DNA of 64,000 nucleotides from an uncultured Spirochaetales bacterium (GTDB lineage Bacteria; Myxococcota_A; UBA9160; UBA6930): NCBI GenBank assembly GCA_964501435.1, contig CAZCTH010000009.1, positions 9,747 to 73,746 of the forward strand, read 5' to 3'. Shown piece by piece: positions 55,714 to 64,000 of this stretch (position 1 is its first letter; each line of letters starts with the position of its first letter). The notes under the pieces were generated by a model. It saw only the letters and a program-made list of their open reading frames with translations, ran no database searches and was not told where the DNA came from. The position numbers and the translations under genes were made by a program.

Positions 55714-56922
55714 ATGTACGACCGCCGCGAGTTCCTGATGCGGGGCGCCGCGCTCGGTGCGGCGCCGCTCGTCGCTTCGCTCGGGGCGGGGGCCGCGCGC
55801 GCCGCGGCGCCGCCTGCGCCGCAGGTGCGCCGACGCGTTCCGCTCGGGCGCACCGGGCTCTCGATTCCCGACATCGGCTTCGGCGCGTCGCGCCTCGCGG
55901 GCGACGTCGCGCTCGTGCAGCACGCGCTCGCCCGCGGCATCACCTACTTCGACACGGCCGAGAGCTACGCGGGCAGCGAGTCCGAGTCGACGCTCGGGCG
56001 CGCGCTGGCCGGTCGCCGCGACGACGTGATCCTCGCGACCAAGACCCACGGCGGCGCAGACACGACCCGCGCGCAGCTGGCCGCGAACCTCGACGCGTCG
56101 CTGAAGCGGCTGCGGACGGATCGCGTCGAGCTCTACTTCAATCACGCCGTCAACGATCCGGCGCGGCTGCGCAACGACGAGTGGCTCGAGTTCGCGTCGC
56201 GCGCGAAGCGCGCCGGCAAGATCCGCTTCACGGGCATGTCGGGCCACGGCGGGCGCCTCGTCGAGTGCCTCGACCTCGCGCTCGACGCGAAGCTCGTGGA
56301 CGCGGTGCTCGTCGCGTTCAACTTCGGTCAGGATCCCGCCTTCTACGAGCGCTTCACGGGCAGCTTCGACTTCATCGCGACGCAGCCCGAGCTGCCGCGC
56401 GTGCTGAAGAAGGCGAAGGCCCAGGGCGTCGGCGTGATCGCGATGAAGACGCTGCGCGGCGCGCGGCTGAACGACATGCGCCCCTACGAGCGCGGCGGCG
56501 CGACCTTCGCGCAGGCCGCCTTCCGCTGGGTGCTCGCGAGCGGCCTCGCCGACGCCCTCGTCGTCACGATGAACGGCCCGGCCGAGGTGGACGAGTACCT
56601 CGGCGCGTCGGGTTGGACCGCGCTCCACCACGAGGATGCGCCCTTGCTGCGTCGCTACGCGCGACGCACCGAGACTTCGCAGTGTCGCTACGGCTGCCGC
56701 GACTGCGCGGCCGCGTGCCCGCACGGCGTCTCGATCCCCGATGCGCTGCGCCTGCGCATGTACGGCGAGGACTACCAAGCGCCTGGCCTCGTGGCGGACG
56801 CCGCACCCGACGCCGGCAACCTGGCCGCGTGTCTCACCTGCGATGGCTCGCCGTGCCGTACGGCTTGCCCCCACGGCGTGGCGATTCCCGAGCTGACGAA
56901 ACGAGCGGCCGCGCTCGTGTGA
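55714..56922 (+). CDS. Tat-signal aldo/keto reductase with C-terminal Cys-rich (Fe-S-like) extension
   Basis: ATG 55714 with GGGAGGGGG upstream. MYDRREFLMRGAALGAAPLVA.. is a twin-arginine-type signal. AKR motifs ..GITYFDTAESYAGSESE.. and ..ILATK... The C-terminal part has CRYGCRDCAAACPHGV and CLTCDGSPCRTACPHGV. Confidence 0.8.
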   Translation: MYDRREFLMRGAALGAAPLVASLGAGAARAAAPPAPQVRRRVPLGRTGLSIPDIGFGASRLAGDVALVQHALARGITYFDTAESYAGSESESTLGRALAGRRDDVILATKTHGGADTTRAQLAANLDASLKRLRTDRVELYFNHAVNDPARLRNDEWLEFASRAKRAGKIRFTGMSGHGGRLVECLDLALDAKLVDAVLVAFNFGQDPAFYERFTGSFDFIATQPELPRVLKKAKAQGVGVIAMKTLRGARLNDMRPYERGGATFAQAAFRWVLASGLADALVVTMNGPAEVDEYLGASGWTALHHEDAPLLRRYARRTETSQCRYGCRDCAAACPHGVSIPDALRLRMYGEDYQAPGLVADAAPDAGNLAACLTCDGSPCRTACPHGVAIPELTKRAAALV

Positions 56923-56979
56923 AGCGGCCGAGCGCCTCGGCTCCGCGCGGGCCTCCCCGCGCGAAGCCGAGGCGCGAGG

Positions 56980-57633
56980 TCACTCGCGCGGCCTGCGTGG
57001 CGCGCGCCGCGAGCCGAGCCACGCGAGCCCGAGCAGCCCGGTCGCGAGCAGCGACATCGCGCCCGGCTCGGGGAGCGCGGCCCACGTGAAGCCGTGCTGC
57101 ACGACGCCGAACGCCGCGACGTCGCCCGGGGTCATCGCGAACAGCTGAATGCTCGCCAGCGCGTCGAGCGACGCGATCGCGCCAAACGAGGCGCCGACCG
57201 CGGAGCCGGTACCGCCGCTCGGCGCGAGCAGCACGCCGAGGCTCGCGCCGTTGGAGTATCCGCTCGACGCGATCGCCACGGCGCCGGGCCCGAACGCGAT
57301 GCCGGCAGTCTGAAGGTCGGCCCCCTCCAGCGCGAGCCCAGGCGCGGCGCTCACGCGGTACCCGAGAACGAGCCCGCCGAAGGCCGCGGGCCCGATCGCC
57401 GCCACCGGCCCCGAGATCGCGAAGCCGGTCGCGGTCGCCAGGACCGTGTACTGCGAGAGATCGGCGGGCAGGGTCCCGGAGAGCGCGATGCTGCCGGGCG
57501 CGAAGTCGAAGCTGAGCTCACCGCCCGTCGAGGTGAAGCTGGCTCCGGCGTTCAGGTCTTGCAGCGTGAGTGCGCTCGCGCCGAGCGGCAGCGCGAGCGC
57601 GCCGGCGAGGAGCAGGGTCGTGAGTCGTCGCAT
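56980..57633 (-). CDS. PEP-CTERM sorting-domain protein, secreted
   Basis: Start MRRLTTLLLAGALALPLGASA (cat 57631-57633). The C-terminus ..LPEPGAMSLLATGLLGLAWLGSRRAPRRPRE has the PEP motif, a TM segment and a basic tail. Confidence 0.75.
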   Translation of the reverse strand: MRRLTTLLLAGALALPLGASALTLQDLNAGASFTSTGGELSFDFAPGSIALSGTLPADLSQYTVLATATGFAISGPVAAIGPAAFGGLVLGYRVSAAPGLALEGADLQTAGIAFGPGAVAIASSGYSNGASLGVLLAPSGGTGSAVGASFGAIASLDALASIQLFAMTPGDVAAFGVVQHGFTWAALPEPGAMSLLATGLLGLAWLGSRRAPRRPRE

Positions 57634-57790
57634 GGTGCCCTCCTGGCAGGGTGCGCCGCACGTCGTGCGCGGCGTGATCCAGGAGATCGGCGTGAGGCGC
57701 GGCGCGCCGTGTGAGGCCGCGCGCGGAAGCCCGCGCGCAGCGCGCCTGCACACTGCGCGCGCATGGCGAGCAGCGAGGCCGCGCGCCCGC

Positions 57791-58648
57791 TCATTGCGGG
57801 TCGCGCATCACCTCGCGCCAGCGCGCGTGAAACTCCGCGTCGGCCGCGGCGTGCAGGCCGACCCATTCGTCGTCGGAGACGCGCGCCCGCCCGGGCAGGT
57901 TGCGGGCGGCGTCGCGGCCGACAGGCCAACGCAGCTTCGCCGCGCGCGCCTCGACGGCGTCCGCGACGACGTCGGCGACGCTCTCGGCGGTCGATCCCAC
58001 CTCGCCGTCGCGCGCGAACACGGCGCCCATGCGGGCGTAGAGTGCCTGATACGCCGTGCCGGTTGGCCACGGCACGAACTTCTCCTGCGCTGAGGTGAAC
58101 GTGAGGCCGGGCTCGACGATCGCGACGCGCACGCCGAACGCCGCCACCTCGAGCGCGAGCGCCTCGAGCGCCGCCTCGATCGCGAACTTCGACGCGCAGT
58201 AGGCGGCGTTGGTCGCGTGGACGATGCGTCCCGACTGCGAGGTCACGGCGACGATCGCCCCCGACCCGCGCGCCCGCAGATGCGGCAGCACGGCCTGCGC
58301 GCAGCGCACGACGCCGACGGTGTTCGTTTCGTAGAGCGCGCGGAAGGTCGCGAGCGGCGTCTCCTCGAACGCGGCGCCCGCGTGGAAGCCCGCATTCGCG
58401 ACGAGCGCGTCGATGCGGCCGTGCGCGCGCAGCGCCGTCGCGACCGCCCCCGCCACCGATGCGTCGTCGGTCACGTCGAGCGTCGCGAGCGAGAGCGCGA
58501 GGCTGCTCTGCGCCGCCTCGGCGCGCAAGCTCTCGCCGCGCGCGAGATCGCGCATCGTCGCCACCACCGCGTGGCCGCGCCGCGCCAGCGCGAGCGCCGC
58601 CGCGCGCCCGATCCCCGTGCTCGCGCCGGTGACGAGGACGACGCTCAC
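57791..58648 (-). CDS. SDR family oxidoreductase
   Basis: The GTG start overlaps the upstream stop (GTGA). VLVTGASTGIG, ..NAG.. and YCASK motifs. Confidence 0.85.
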   Translation of the reverse strand: MSVVLVTGASTGIGRAAALALARRGHAVVATMRDLARGESLRAEAAQSSLALSLATLDVTDDASVAGAVATALRAHGRIDALVANAGFHAGAAFEETPLATFRALYETNTVGVVRCAQAVLPHLRARGSGAIVAVTSQSGRIVHATNAAYCASKFAIEAALEALALEVAAFGVRVAIVEPGLTFTSAQEKFVPWPTGTAYQALYARMGAVFARDGEVGSTAESVADVVADAVEARAAKLRWPVGRDAARNLPGRARVSDDEWVGLHAAADAEFHARWREVMRDPQ

Positions 58649-59103
58649 GCATCCGCCAGTGCGAGGGGATGATCGGCCTCGAGCACCTGCAGCAGCTCGA
58701 TCACGTTGCCGTCGGGGTCGCGGCCGTAGGTGAACGCGAGCCCGCCCGCCTCCTGCGGCGGACAGTGGAAGCGCATCCCGGCGGCCGCGAGGCGCGCGTG
58801 CTCCTTCGCGACGTCCGCGACGTGGAAGCAGATGTGGGTGTAGCCGTGATCGCAGGCCGGGCGGTTCACGGGCTGCGGCGCGGGGGTGGGGTGGCTGAAC
58901 TCGAAGATCTCGAGCATCGAGTCGCCGCGCCGCATCATGACGGCCTTGGCGGCGCAGTCGGCGAGCCCGATTACGCCGTTGATCATCGCGACGCCGCGCG
59001 GCCAGCCGAACTCGCGGATCATCTCGTAGCCGAACAGCGTGCGGTAGAACTCGATCGCGCGCGCGAGGTTCGGCGTCGAGATCGCGGTGTGGTGGATGCG
59101 CAT
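58645..59103 (-). CDS. VOC (glyoxalase/bleomycin resistance/dioxygenase) family protein
   Basis: GGAGGA RBS. MRIHHTAISTPNLARAIEFYRTLFGYE.. ..YTHICFHV.. ..DPDGNVIELLQ. Confidence 0.85.
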   Translation of the reverse strand: MRIHHTAISTPNLARAIEFYRTLFGYEMIREFGWPRGVAMINGVIGLADCAAKAVMMRRGDSMLEIFEFSHPTPAPQPVNRPACDHGYTHICFHVADVAKEHARLAAAGMRFHCPPQEAGGLAFTYGRDPDGNVIELLQVLEADHPLALADA

Positions 59104-59181
59104 GGGTTCCTCCGCCGCGCAGCATGCCACGCCGGCGCGCACGCCACCGCGGTACGCTGCGCGCGAGCACGGAGAGCCCGC

Positions 59182-60078
59182 ATGACCGGCATCACGCACC
59201 GCACGTTCGTCAGCTACATCGATCGCACGCGCGAGTACTACGCCGCGCAGGGCTACGCGAAGCCCTACGTGTGGGCGCGGAACACCGACGCGCCGTTCGC
59301 GCCACTCTCGAAGCCGCTGGCGCAATGCCGCGCCACGGTCGTCACCACGGCGAGCCCGTGGCGCGACGCGAGACCGGTCGACGGCGTGCTGCGCGGCGAC
59401 AACGCCGTGTGGTCCGGAGACACCGCCGCGCCTCCCGAGCGCCTCTACACCGCGCACCTCGCGTGGGACAAGCAGGCGACGCACACGAACGACGTCGAGA
59501 GCTTCCTGCCGCTCGCGCGCTTGCAGGAGCACGCAGCCGCGGGCCGCATCGGGAGCGTGGCGCCGCGCTTTCACGGGGTGCCCACCGACTACTCGCAGCG
59601 CCGCACCATCGAGCAGGACGCGCCGCAGATTCTCGCCCGCTGCCGCGAGGACGCCGTCGACGTCGCGCTGCTCGTACCGCTTTGACCCGTGTGCCACCAG
59701 ACCGTGAGTCTGGTCAGCCGCCATCTGGAAGCGAACGGCATCCCGACCGTCGTCGTCGGTGCCGCGCGCGACATCGTCGAAGAGTGCGGCGTCGCGCGCT
59801 TCGTCTTCACCGACTTCCCCCTCGGCAACCCCTGCGGCCGGCCCTACGACGCGCAAATGCAGGGCGCCATCGTCGGCGTCGCGCTCGACCTGCTCGAGAG
59901 CGCGCGACTTCCGCGCACCACGGTGACGACGCCGTTTCGCTGGAGCGACGACGAGGCCTGGAAGGCCAACTTTGCGAGAGTCGACCCCGAGGCCGCCGCC
60001 GTCCTGCAGCGCGCCGGCGCCGAGCGCCGCGCGCGCCAGGACGAGAAGAAGTCCCGAGGCGAAACGCGCTCCACCTAG
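59182..60078 (+). CDS. GrdB/PrdB-like (glycine/sarcosine/betaine/D-proline reductase component B family) protein with in-frame TGA at 59683-59685; candidate selenoprotein
   Basis: ORFs 58669..59685 and 59689..60078 are in the same frame and are separated only by TGA-CCC. The read-through sequence is ..DVALLVPL-U-PVCHQTVSLVSRHLEANGIPTVVVG.. (U-x-x-C). A hairpin lies 10 nt downstream of the TGA. ATG 59182 has GGAGAG upstream. The second ORF has no RBS of its own. Confidence 0.6.
59696..59714 (+). other. Candidate bacterial SECIS-like hairpin
   Basis: 7-bp stem ACCAGAC/GTCTGGT with apical loop CGUGA. The stem starts 10 nt after the UGA. This compares with the roughly 11-nt spacing and G/U-containing apical loop of characterised bacterial SECIS elements. 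Confidence 0.45.
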
Positions 60079-60207
60079 CACTCGCAGCGCCGCGCCGGTC
60101 CGCGACGCGTTCACCCAACACCCGGGAACGCCCACAGATCGGGGCCGACAGCGAGCCATCGCGCTCCGCCGGCCCCGGCCCGCCGCCGCGCGCTGCCCGC
60201 GCGAGCG

Positions 60208-61425
60208 CTACGGCTTGCACACCGCCGGCAGCGGGTGCCGATACAAAGCCGCCGCATTCTCGTGGGTGATCTTCCGAATCCACTCCACCGGCAGCCCCGA
60301 AAGCATCCGCTCCATCACCGCCTGCGTATCCGGCCACGTCCCGTCGCCGTGCGGATAGTCCGACTCGGCCACCACGTGGTCGACGCCGATGTGCGAGAGC
60401 GTCGAGATCGTGGAGGGGTCGTCGATCATGCAGAACCAGAAGTTCCGGCGGAGCACCGCGGACGGAGAGTTCTTCTTGTCGGGCCAAGCCGCGCCGTAGC
60501 CGGAGCGCGCCATGATGTTGTCGAGCCGGTCGGCGAGCATCGCGACCCAGCCGATGCCGCTCTCGGCGATCGCGATCTTGAGGTCGGGGTACTTCGCCGG
60601 CCAGCCGCTCCACAGCCACTCGGCGCAGGTGTCGATCGCCATCGGGCCGAACTTCGTGGCCCCGAGCTCCAGCATCGGCGCACCCGGCGGCATCTTGCCG
60701 AAGCCCGACGAGCCGACGTGGAGCGAGAGCACCGTCCCGGTCTCGGCGCAGGCGCGCACGATCGGCTCCCAGTGCGGCTGAAAGACGGACGGCAGGCCCT
60801 GGTTGTGCGGCTGCTCCGGGATCGTGACGGCCTTGAAGCCGCGCTTCGCGTTGCGGCGGATCTCCGCTGCGCCCTTGTCGGCGTCGCGCAGGTTCGTGAT
60901 CGCGAGCGGAATGAAGCGGTCGGGGAAGGGCGTCGCCCACTCCTCGTGGATCCAGTCGTTCCACGCTTCGATGCAGGCGTGCCCGAGCTCCGGGTCCTTC
61001 GCCTCGGCGAAGAGCGTGCCGCCGAAGCCGGTGACGCCCGACGGATAGTTCACCGACGCGTACACGCCGTTGATGTCCATGTCCTTCACGCGCGCCTTCG
61101 CGTCGAACGCGCCCGGTCGGATCTCGTCGAAGCGCGCGGGCTCGTAGCGCTGGTCCTCCTTCGCACGGCCCGCGACACACATGAAGCCGACCTGGAAGTA
61201 GGGCGTGCTCTCGAACACCCACACCTGATGCCCTTCCTCGGTCTCGACGACGCGCGGCGCCGCCTCGGCAAAACGCGTGGGCAGGCGCCCCTCGAAGGTG
61301 TGCGGGGGTTCCATCAGGTGGTCGTCCACCGAGATCAGCGTGTACTTCACCTCGCGCGGCGTCGGGTCCGGCAGCAGAGGGCGGGTGACGGGGCGCTGGA
61401 TGCCGAGCTTCACGACGCGGGCCAT
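60208..61425 (-). CDS. Amidohydrolase family protein (amidohydrolase_2 / ACMSD-like)
   Basis: ATG 61425 (MARVVKLGI..) with GAGGAG upstream. ..LISVDDHLMEPPH.., ..SVNYPS.., ..HVGSSG.. and ..ESDYPHGDGTWP.. are metal-ligand patterns of this family. Confidence 0.85.
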   Translation of the reverse strand: MARVVKLGIQRPVTRPLLPDPTPREVKYTLISVDDHLMEPPHTFEGRLPTRFAEAAPRVVETEEGHQVWVFESTPYFQVGFMCVAGRAKEDQRYEPARFDEIRPGAFDAKARVKDMDINGVYASVNYPSGVTGFGGTLFAEAKDPELGHACIEAWNDWIHEEWATPFPDRFIPLAITNLRDADKGAAEIRRNAKRGFKAVTIPEQPHNQGLPSVFQPHWEPIVRACAETGTVLSLHVGSSGFGKMPPGAPMLELGATKFGPMAIDTCAEWLWSGWPAKYPDLKIAIAESGIGWVAMLADRLDNIMARSGYGAAWPDKKNSPSAVLRRNFWFCMIDDPSTISTLSHIGVDHVVAESDYPHGDGTWPDTQAVMERMLSGLPVEWIRKITHENAAALYRHPLPAVCKP

Positions 61426-61556
61426 GGGGAGTCTCCTCGGGGACGTGCGCTGCGAGTGGTAGCGCGGGCGCATCGTGATGGGGCTTCTCCGGCTTCGAGA
61501 CGTGGCGAGCGCGCAGCGAGCGCTCCGGCATAAGATCGCTCGCGGAGGAACGTGCG

Positions 61557-62363
61557 ATGGAGCAGCTACGCAATCGGGTGGCGGTGATCACGGGCGGCGC
61601 GAGCGGCATCGGCTTCGCCACCGCCGAGGCGCTCGCGCGCGAGGGCACGCGCATCGTGCTCGCGGACATCGAGCGAGGCGCGCTCGACGCCGCGGTCGCG
61701 AAGATTCGCGCGCTCGGCGTGAAGGCCGAAGGCGTCGTCTGCGACGTCAGCGACCGCAAGTCGGTCGATGCGCTCGCCGACGCCGCGTTCGAGAAGATGG
61801 GCGCGGTGCACATCGTGTTCCTCAACGCGGGTGTCGCGGTGAGCGGCCCCGTCACGGAGATGACCCACGACGACTGGCGCTGGGTGATCGACGTGGACCT
61901 GTGGGGCGTCGTGCACGGCGTCGAGTCGTTCGCGCAGCGCCTGGTCGAGCAGGGCGAGGGCGGCCACATCGCGGCCACCGCCTCCTTCGCGGGCATGGTC
62001 CCCAACATCGGGCTCGGCCCCTACTGCGTGGCCAAGTACGGCGTGGTGGCGCTCATGGAAGTGCTGCACCGCGAGCTCCGCGAGCACGGCATCGGCACCT
62101 CGGTGCTGTGCCCGATGCGCGTGCAGACCAACATCGACGCCTCGGGCCGCAACCGGCAGCGCGACTACGGCGGCCCCGAGAACCAGAACTACCCGGAACC
62201 CGACGAGTCGCAGATGGCAGGGCGGCTGATCCCCGTCGAGGGCGTCGCGCAGCTCGTCGTGAACGGGATCAAGCACAACAAGCTCTACCTGTTCCCGCAT
62301 CCCGAGGCGCGCGAATTCATCCGTCGGCGCTTCCAGCGCATCGATCAGTCGTTCGAGAGCTGA
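61557..62363 (+). CDS. SDR family oxidoreductase
   Basis: GGAGGA RBS. ITGGASGIG, LNAG and YCVAK motifs. Confidence 0.9.
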   Translation: MEQLRNRVAVITGGASGIGFATAEALAREGTRIVLADIERGALDAAVAKIRALGVKAEGVVCDVSDRKSVDALADAAFEKMGAVHIVFLNAGVAVSGPVTEMTHDDWRWVIDVDLWGVVHGVESFAQRLVEQGEGGHIAATASFAGMVPNIGLGPYCVAKYGVVALMEVLHRELREHGIGTSVLCPMRVQTNIDASGRNRQRDYGGPENQNYPEPDESQMAGRLIPVEGVAQLVVNGIKHNKLYLFPHPEAREFIRRRFQRIDQSFES

Positions 62364-62926
62364 GCCGCCTGCCGCCATGCGTCGCGCGCGAGCCGGTAGA
62401 GCACGTGCGGACGCAGCGGGTCGCCCGCCCCGAGCGCGGGATGGTCGAAGTCGTCGCGGGCATCGCGGGTCATCCCGAGGCGCTCCATCACGGCGCGCGA
62501 GCCGCGGTTCTCGCGCGTCGTGAACGACACGATCTCGCCGAGCGCGAGCGTCTCGAAACCGAAGCGGAGCGCCGCGCGCGCCGCTTCCGTGGCGTAGCCG
62601 CGGCCCCAGTGCGCGGCATCGAGGCGCCAGGCGACCTCGACGCAGGGCGTGAAGGGCGCTTCGAAGCGCGGCACGCCGAGGCCGACGAAGCCGATGAATC
62701 CCGCCACGCCTGGCGCCTCTACCGCCCACGGGCCGAAACCGCGCTCGGCGAAGTGCGCGATGAAGCGATCCACGAGCGCATCGCTCGCTTCGCGCGAGAG
62801 CAGCGGGCCGAGGAAGCGCATCACGCGCGCGTCGGCGCCCATCGCCGCGAACGGCGCGCGATCGCTCGCGCGCCAGGCGCGCAGCACGAGGCGTTCGGTG
62901 ACGAGGGTCGGCGCGGACGTCGGCAT
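62345..62926 (-). CDS. GNAT family N-acetyltransferase (RimJ/RimL-like)
   Basis: Start MPTSAPTLVTERLVLRAW.. (cat 62924-62926). ..WRLDAAHWGRGYATEAARAALRFGFE... It overlaps the 3' end of the SDR by 19 nt (convergent). Confidence 0.85.
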   Translation of the reverse strand: MPTSAPTLVTERLVLRAWRASDRAPFAAMGADARVMRFLGPLLSREASDALVDRFIAHFAERGFGPWAVEAPGVAGFIGFVGLGVPRFEAPFTPCVEVAWRLDAAHWGRGYATEAARAALRFGFETLALGEIVSFTTRENRGSRAVMERLGMTRDARDDFDHPALGAGDPLRPHVLYRLARDAWRQAAQLSND

Positions 62927-62980
62927 GCGCGCGCACGGTCGCGCTTGGCGAAGCGCGCGGCCACGCCTCATCCTGCGGCC

Positions 62981-64000
62981 ATGTTCGCCGCGCGCGCGTC
63001 CTGGGATCTCACGCCGAGCGCGCTCGCCCAGCGCGTGGCCGCAGCGCAGGCGGCCGGGCGCGCGCTGCACGATCTCACGAACGCGAATCCAGCGAGCCTC
63101 GCGCTGCCGGGGGAGGCGCTCGCCGCCGCCCTCGCCGAGATCGCGCGGGCCCCGGCCACCGGCCGCTACGAGGCCGATCCGCGCGGAGACCTCTCCGCCC
63201 GCGCGGCGATCGCCGCGTACCACCGTGCGCAGGGGGCCGACGTCGAGCCCGAGCACGTGGTGCTCACGGCCGGCACGAGCGAGGGCTACGCACACCTGTT
63301 CCGCGTGCTCGCGGACCCCGGCGATCTGGTGCATCTGCCCACGCCCGGGTATCCGCTGTTCGAGCACCTCGCCGAGCTCGAAGGCTTGCGTTGCGCTCGC
63401 TACGCGCTGAACGCGCCGCCGCCCGGCAGCGCGCGCTGGGCGCTCGACCTCGACGGCCTCGCGAGCGCGCTCGCGCCGGAGAGCCGCGCGCTCGTCGCAA
63501 TCCATCCGCACAACCCGACGGGCGCGTTCGTTGCGCCGAGCGACCTCGCGAGCCTGCGCAGCGTGTGCGAAGAGCGCGGCATGGCGCTGCTCTCGGACGA
63601 GGTGTTCGCCGACGCCTCCGACCGCGCGGAGGGCACGACCGCGCTCGCCGGCAGCGAGCGCGGGCCGCTCTGCTGCGTGCTCTCGGGGGCGTCGAAGGTG
63701 CTCGGGGTGCCGCAGCTGAAGGTCGCCTGGCTCGCGGTCGGCGGGCCGCCGAAGCTGCGCGACGAGGCCCTCGCGCGGCTCGAGTTCGCGGCCGACGCGT
63801 TCCTCTCGGTGTCGCCGCTCGTGGCCCGCGCGCTGCCCGCGCTGTTCGCGCGGCGGCGCGAAATCCGCGCCGCGTTGAACGCGCGCGTCGCCGCGAATCG
63901 CGCTGCCCTCGTGCGCGCGCTGCGCGCGGTGCCGGCCGCGACGGCGCTGCCGGCGGAGGCGGGCTGGGCGGCGATCGTCGCGATCGCGCACCCGGGCGGC
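62981..64000 (+). CDS. Pyridoxal-phosphate-dependent aminotransferase, class I/II (3'-partial at window edge)
   Basis: This gene is not in the ORF track because no stop is reached. My own translation from ATG 62981 gives 340 codons open to the window end. MFAARASWDLTPSAL.. ..HDLTNANPA.. ..YEADPRGDLSARAAIAAY.. ..VLTAGTSEGY.. ..PGYPLFEHL.. ..IHPHNPTGAF.. ..LSGASKVLGVPQLKVAW.. (SxSK PLP lysine). GC3 is very high. Confidence 0.8.
   Translation, partial: MFAARASWDLTPSALAQRVAAAQAAGRALHDLTNANPASLALPGEALAAALAEIARAPATGRYEADPRGDLSARAAIAAYHRAQGADVEPEHVVLTAGTSEGYAHLFRVLADPGDLVHLPTPGYPLFEHLAELEGLRCARYALNAPPPGSARWALDLDGLASALAPESRALVAIHPHNPTGAFVAPSDLASLRSVCEERGMALLSDEVFADASDRAEGTTALAGSERGPLCCVLSGASKVLGVPQLKVAWLAVGGPPKLRDEALARLEFAADAFLSVSPLVARALPALFARRREIRAALNARVAANRAALVRALRAVPAATALPAEAGWAAIVAIAHPGG

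Noticed and set aside
59683-59689. Treating the TGA at 59683 as a true stop (two separate genes) or as a pseudogene lesion
   Set aside because: This is not fully excluded. However, the downstream ORF is in the same frame, starts 1 codon later at a GTG without an RBS, and would lack the N-terminal half of the family fold. The U-x-x-C context plus a hairpin at SECIS-like spacing fits recoding better.
57791-60159. Long minus-strand ORFs 57791..59170 (459 aa) and 58645..60159 (504 aa)
   Set aside because: Their N-terminal portions are Arg-rich shadows. Internal starts with RBS or overlap coupling give a normal-length SDR (57791-58648) and VOC protein (58645-59103). The region 59182-60078 is better explained by the plus-strand GrdB-like gene.

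Overview
Very GC-rich (by eye about 70%) bacterial chromosomal segment. The true reading frames are easy to tell from Arg/Gly-rich shadow ORFs by GC3 and protein plausibility. The gene content includes a type IV pilin, a PEP-CTERM protein, PPC- and dockerin-like secreted proteins, and a pheT-ihfA...merR-tRNA-Pro block. This suggests a Gram-negative, possibly Myxococcota/deltaproteobacteria-like organism (inference only).

Layout:
- (i) 1-2050: housekeeping pheT (5'-partial) and ihfA.
- (ii) 2222-17497: an accessory locus sitting between ihfA and its usual merR/tRNA-Pro neighbours. It holds a SAM methyltransferase and a 3,067-aa protein made almost entirely of about 355 in-register octapeptide repeats (consensus xLTTAQxA). 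These are followed by a TPR/GT41 (OGT/SPINDLY-like) glycosyltransferase and a convergent type I secretion MFP + ABC pair. This is the most unusual part of the window. I interpret it as a candidate system for cytoplasmic glycosylation and T1SS export of a Thr-rich megaprotein.
- (iii) 17776-19442: MerR regulator, AAA ATPase, tRNA-Pro(GGG).
- (iv) 19452-38592: mixed secreted and accessory functions. These are a gluconolactonase-like protein, a cupin-ABM fusion, LLM oxidoreductase, a large matrixin/PPC protease, two sulfotransferases and a cobalt-type nitrile hydratase beta-alpha-accessory operon. The block also holds a beta-helix/dockerin-like protein, an MBL hydrolase, GMC oxidoreductase, an orphan type IV pilin, a serine hydrolase and an esterase.
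- (v) 38727-64000: dense catabolic/redox genes. These are crotonase, many SDRs, two tandem acyl-CoA dehydrogenase pairs, LLM, NTF2-like proteins, RidA, GFA, a hybrid histidine kinase, a Tat-AKR, a PEP-CTERM protein, a VOC protein, amidohydrolase, GNAT and a 3'-partial aminotransferase.

Other notable items:
- a GrdB/PrdB-like gene with an in-frame TGA plus a downstream hairpin at SECIS-like spacing (candidate selenoprotein)
- a perfect 31-bp inverted repeat spanning the stop codons of two convergent genes
- a small palindromic repeat family
- a bipartite motif shared by the two promoter regions flanking the megaprotein/T1SS locus

No rRNA, CRISPR, integrase or transposase was seen.
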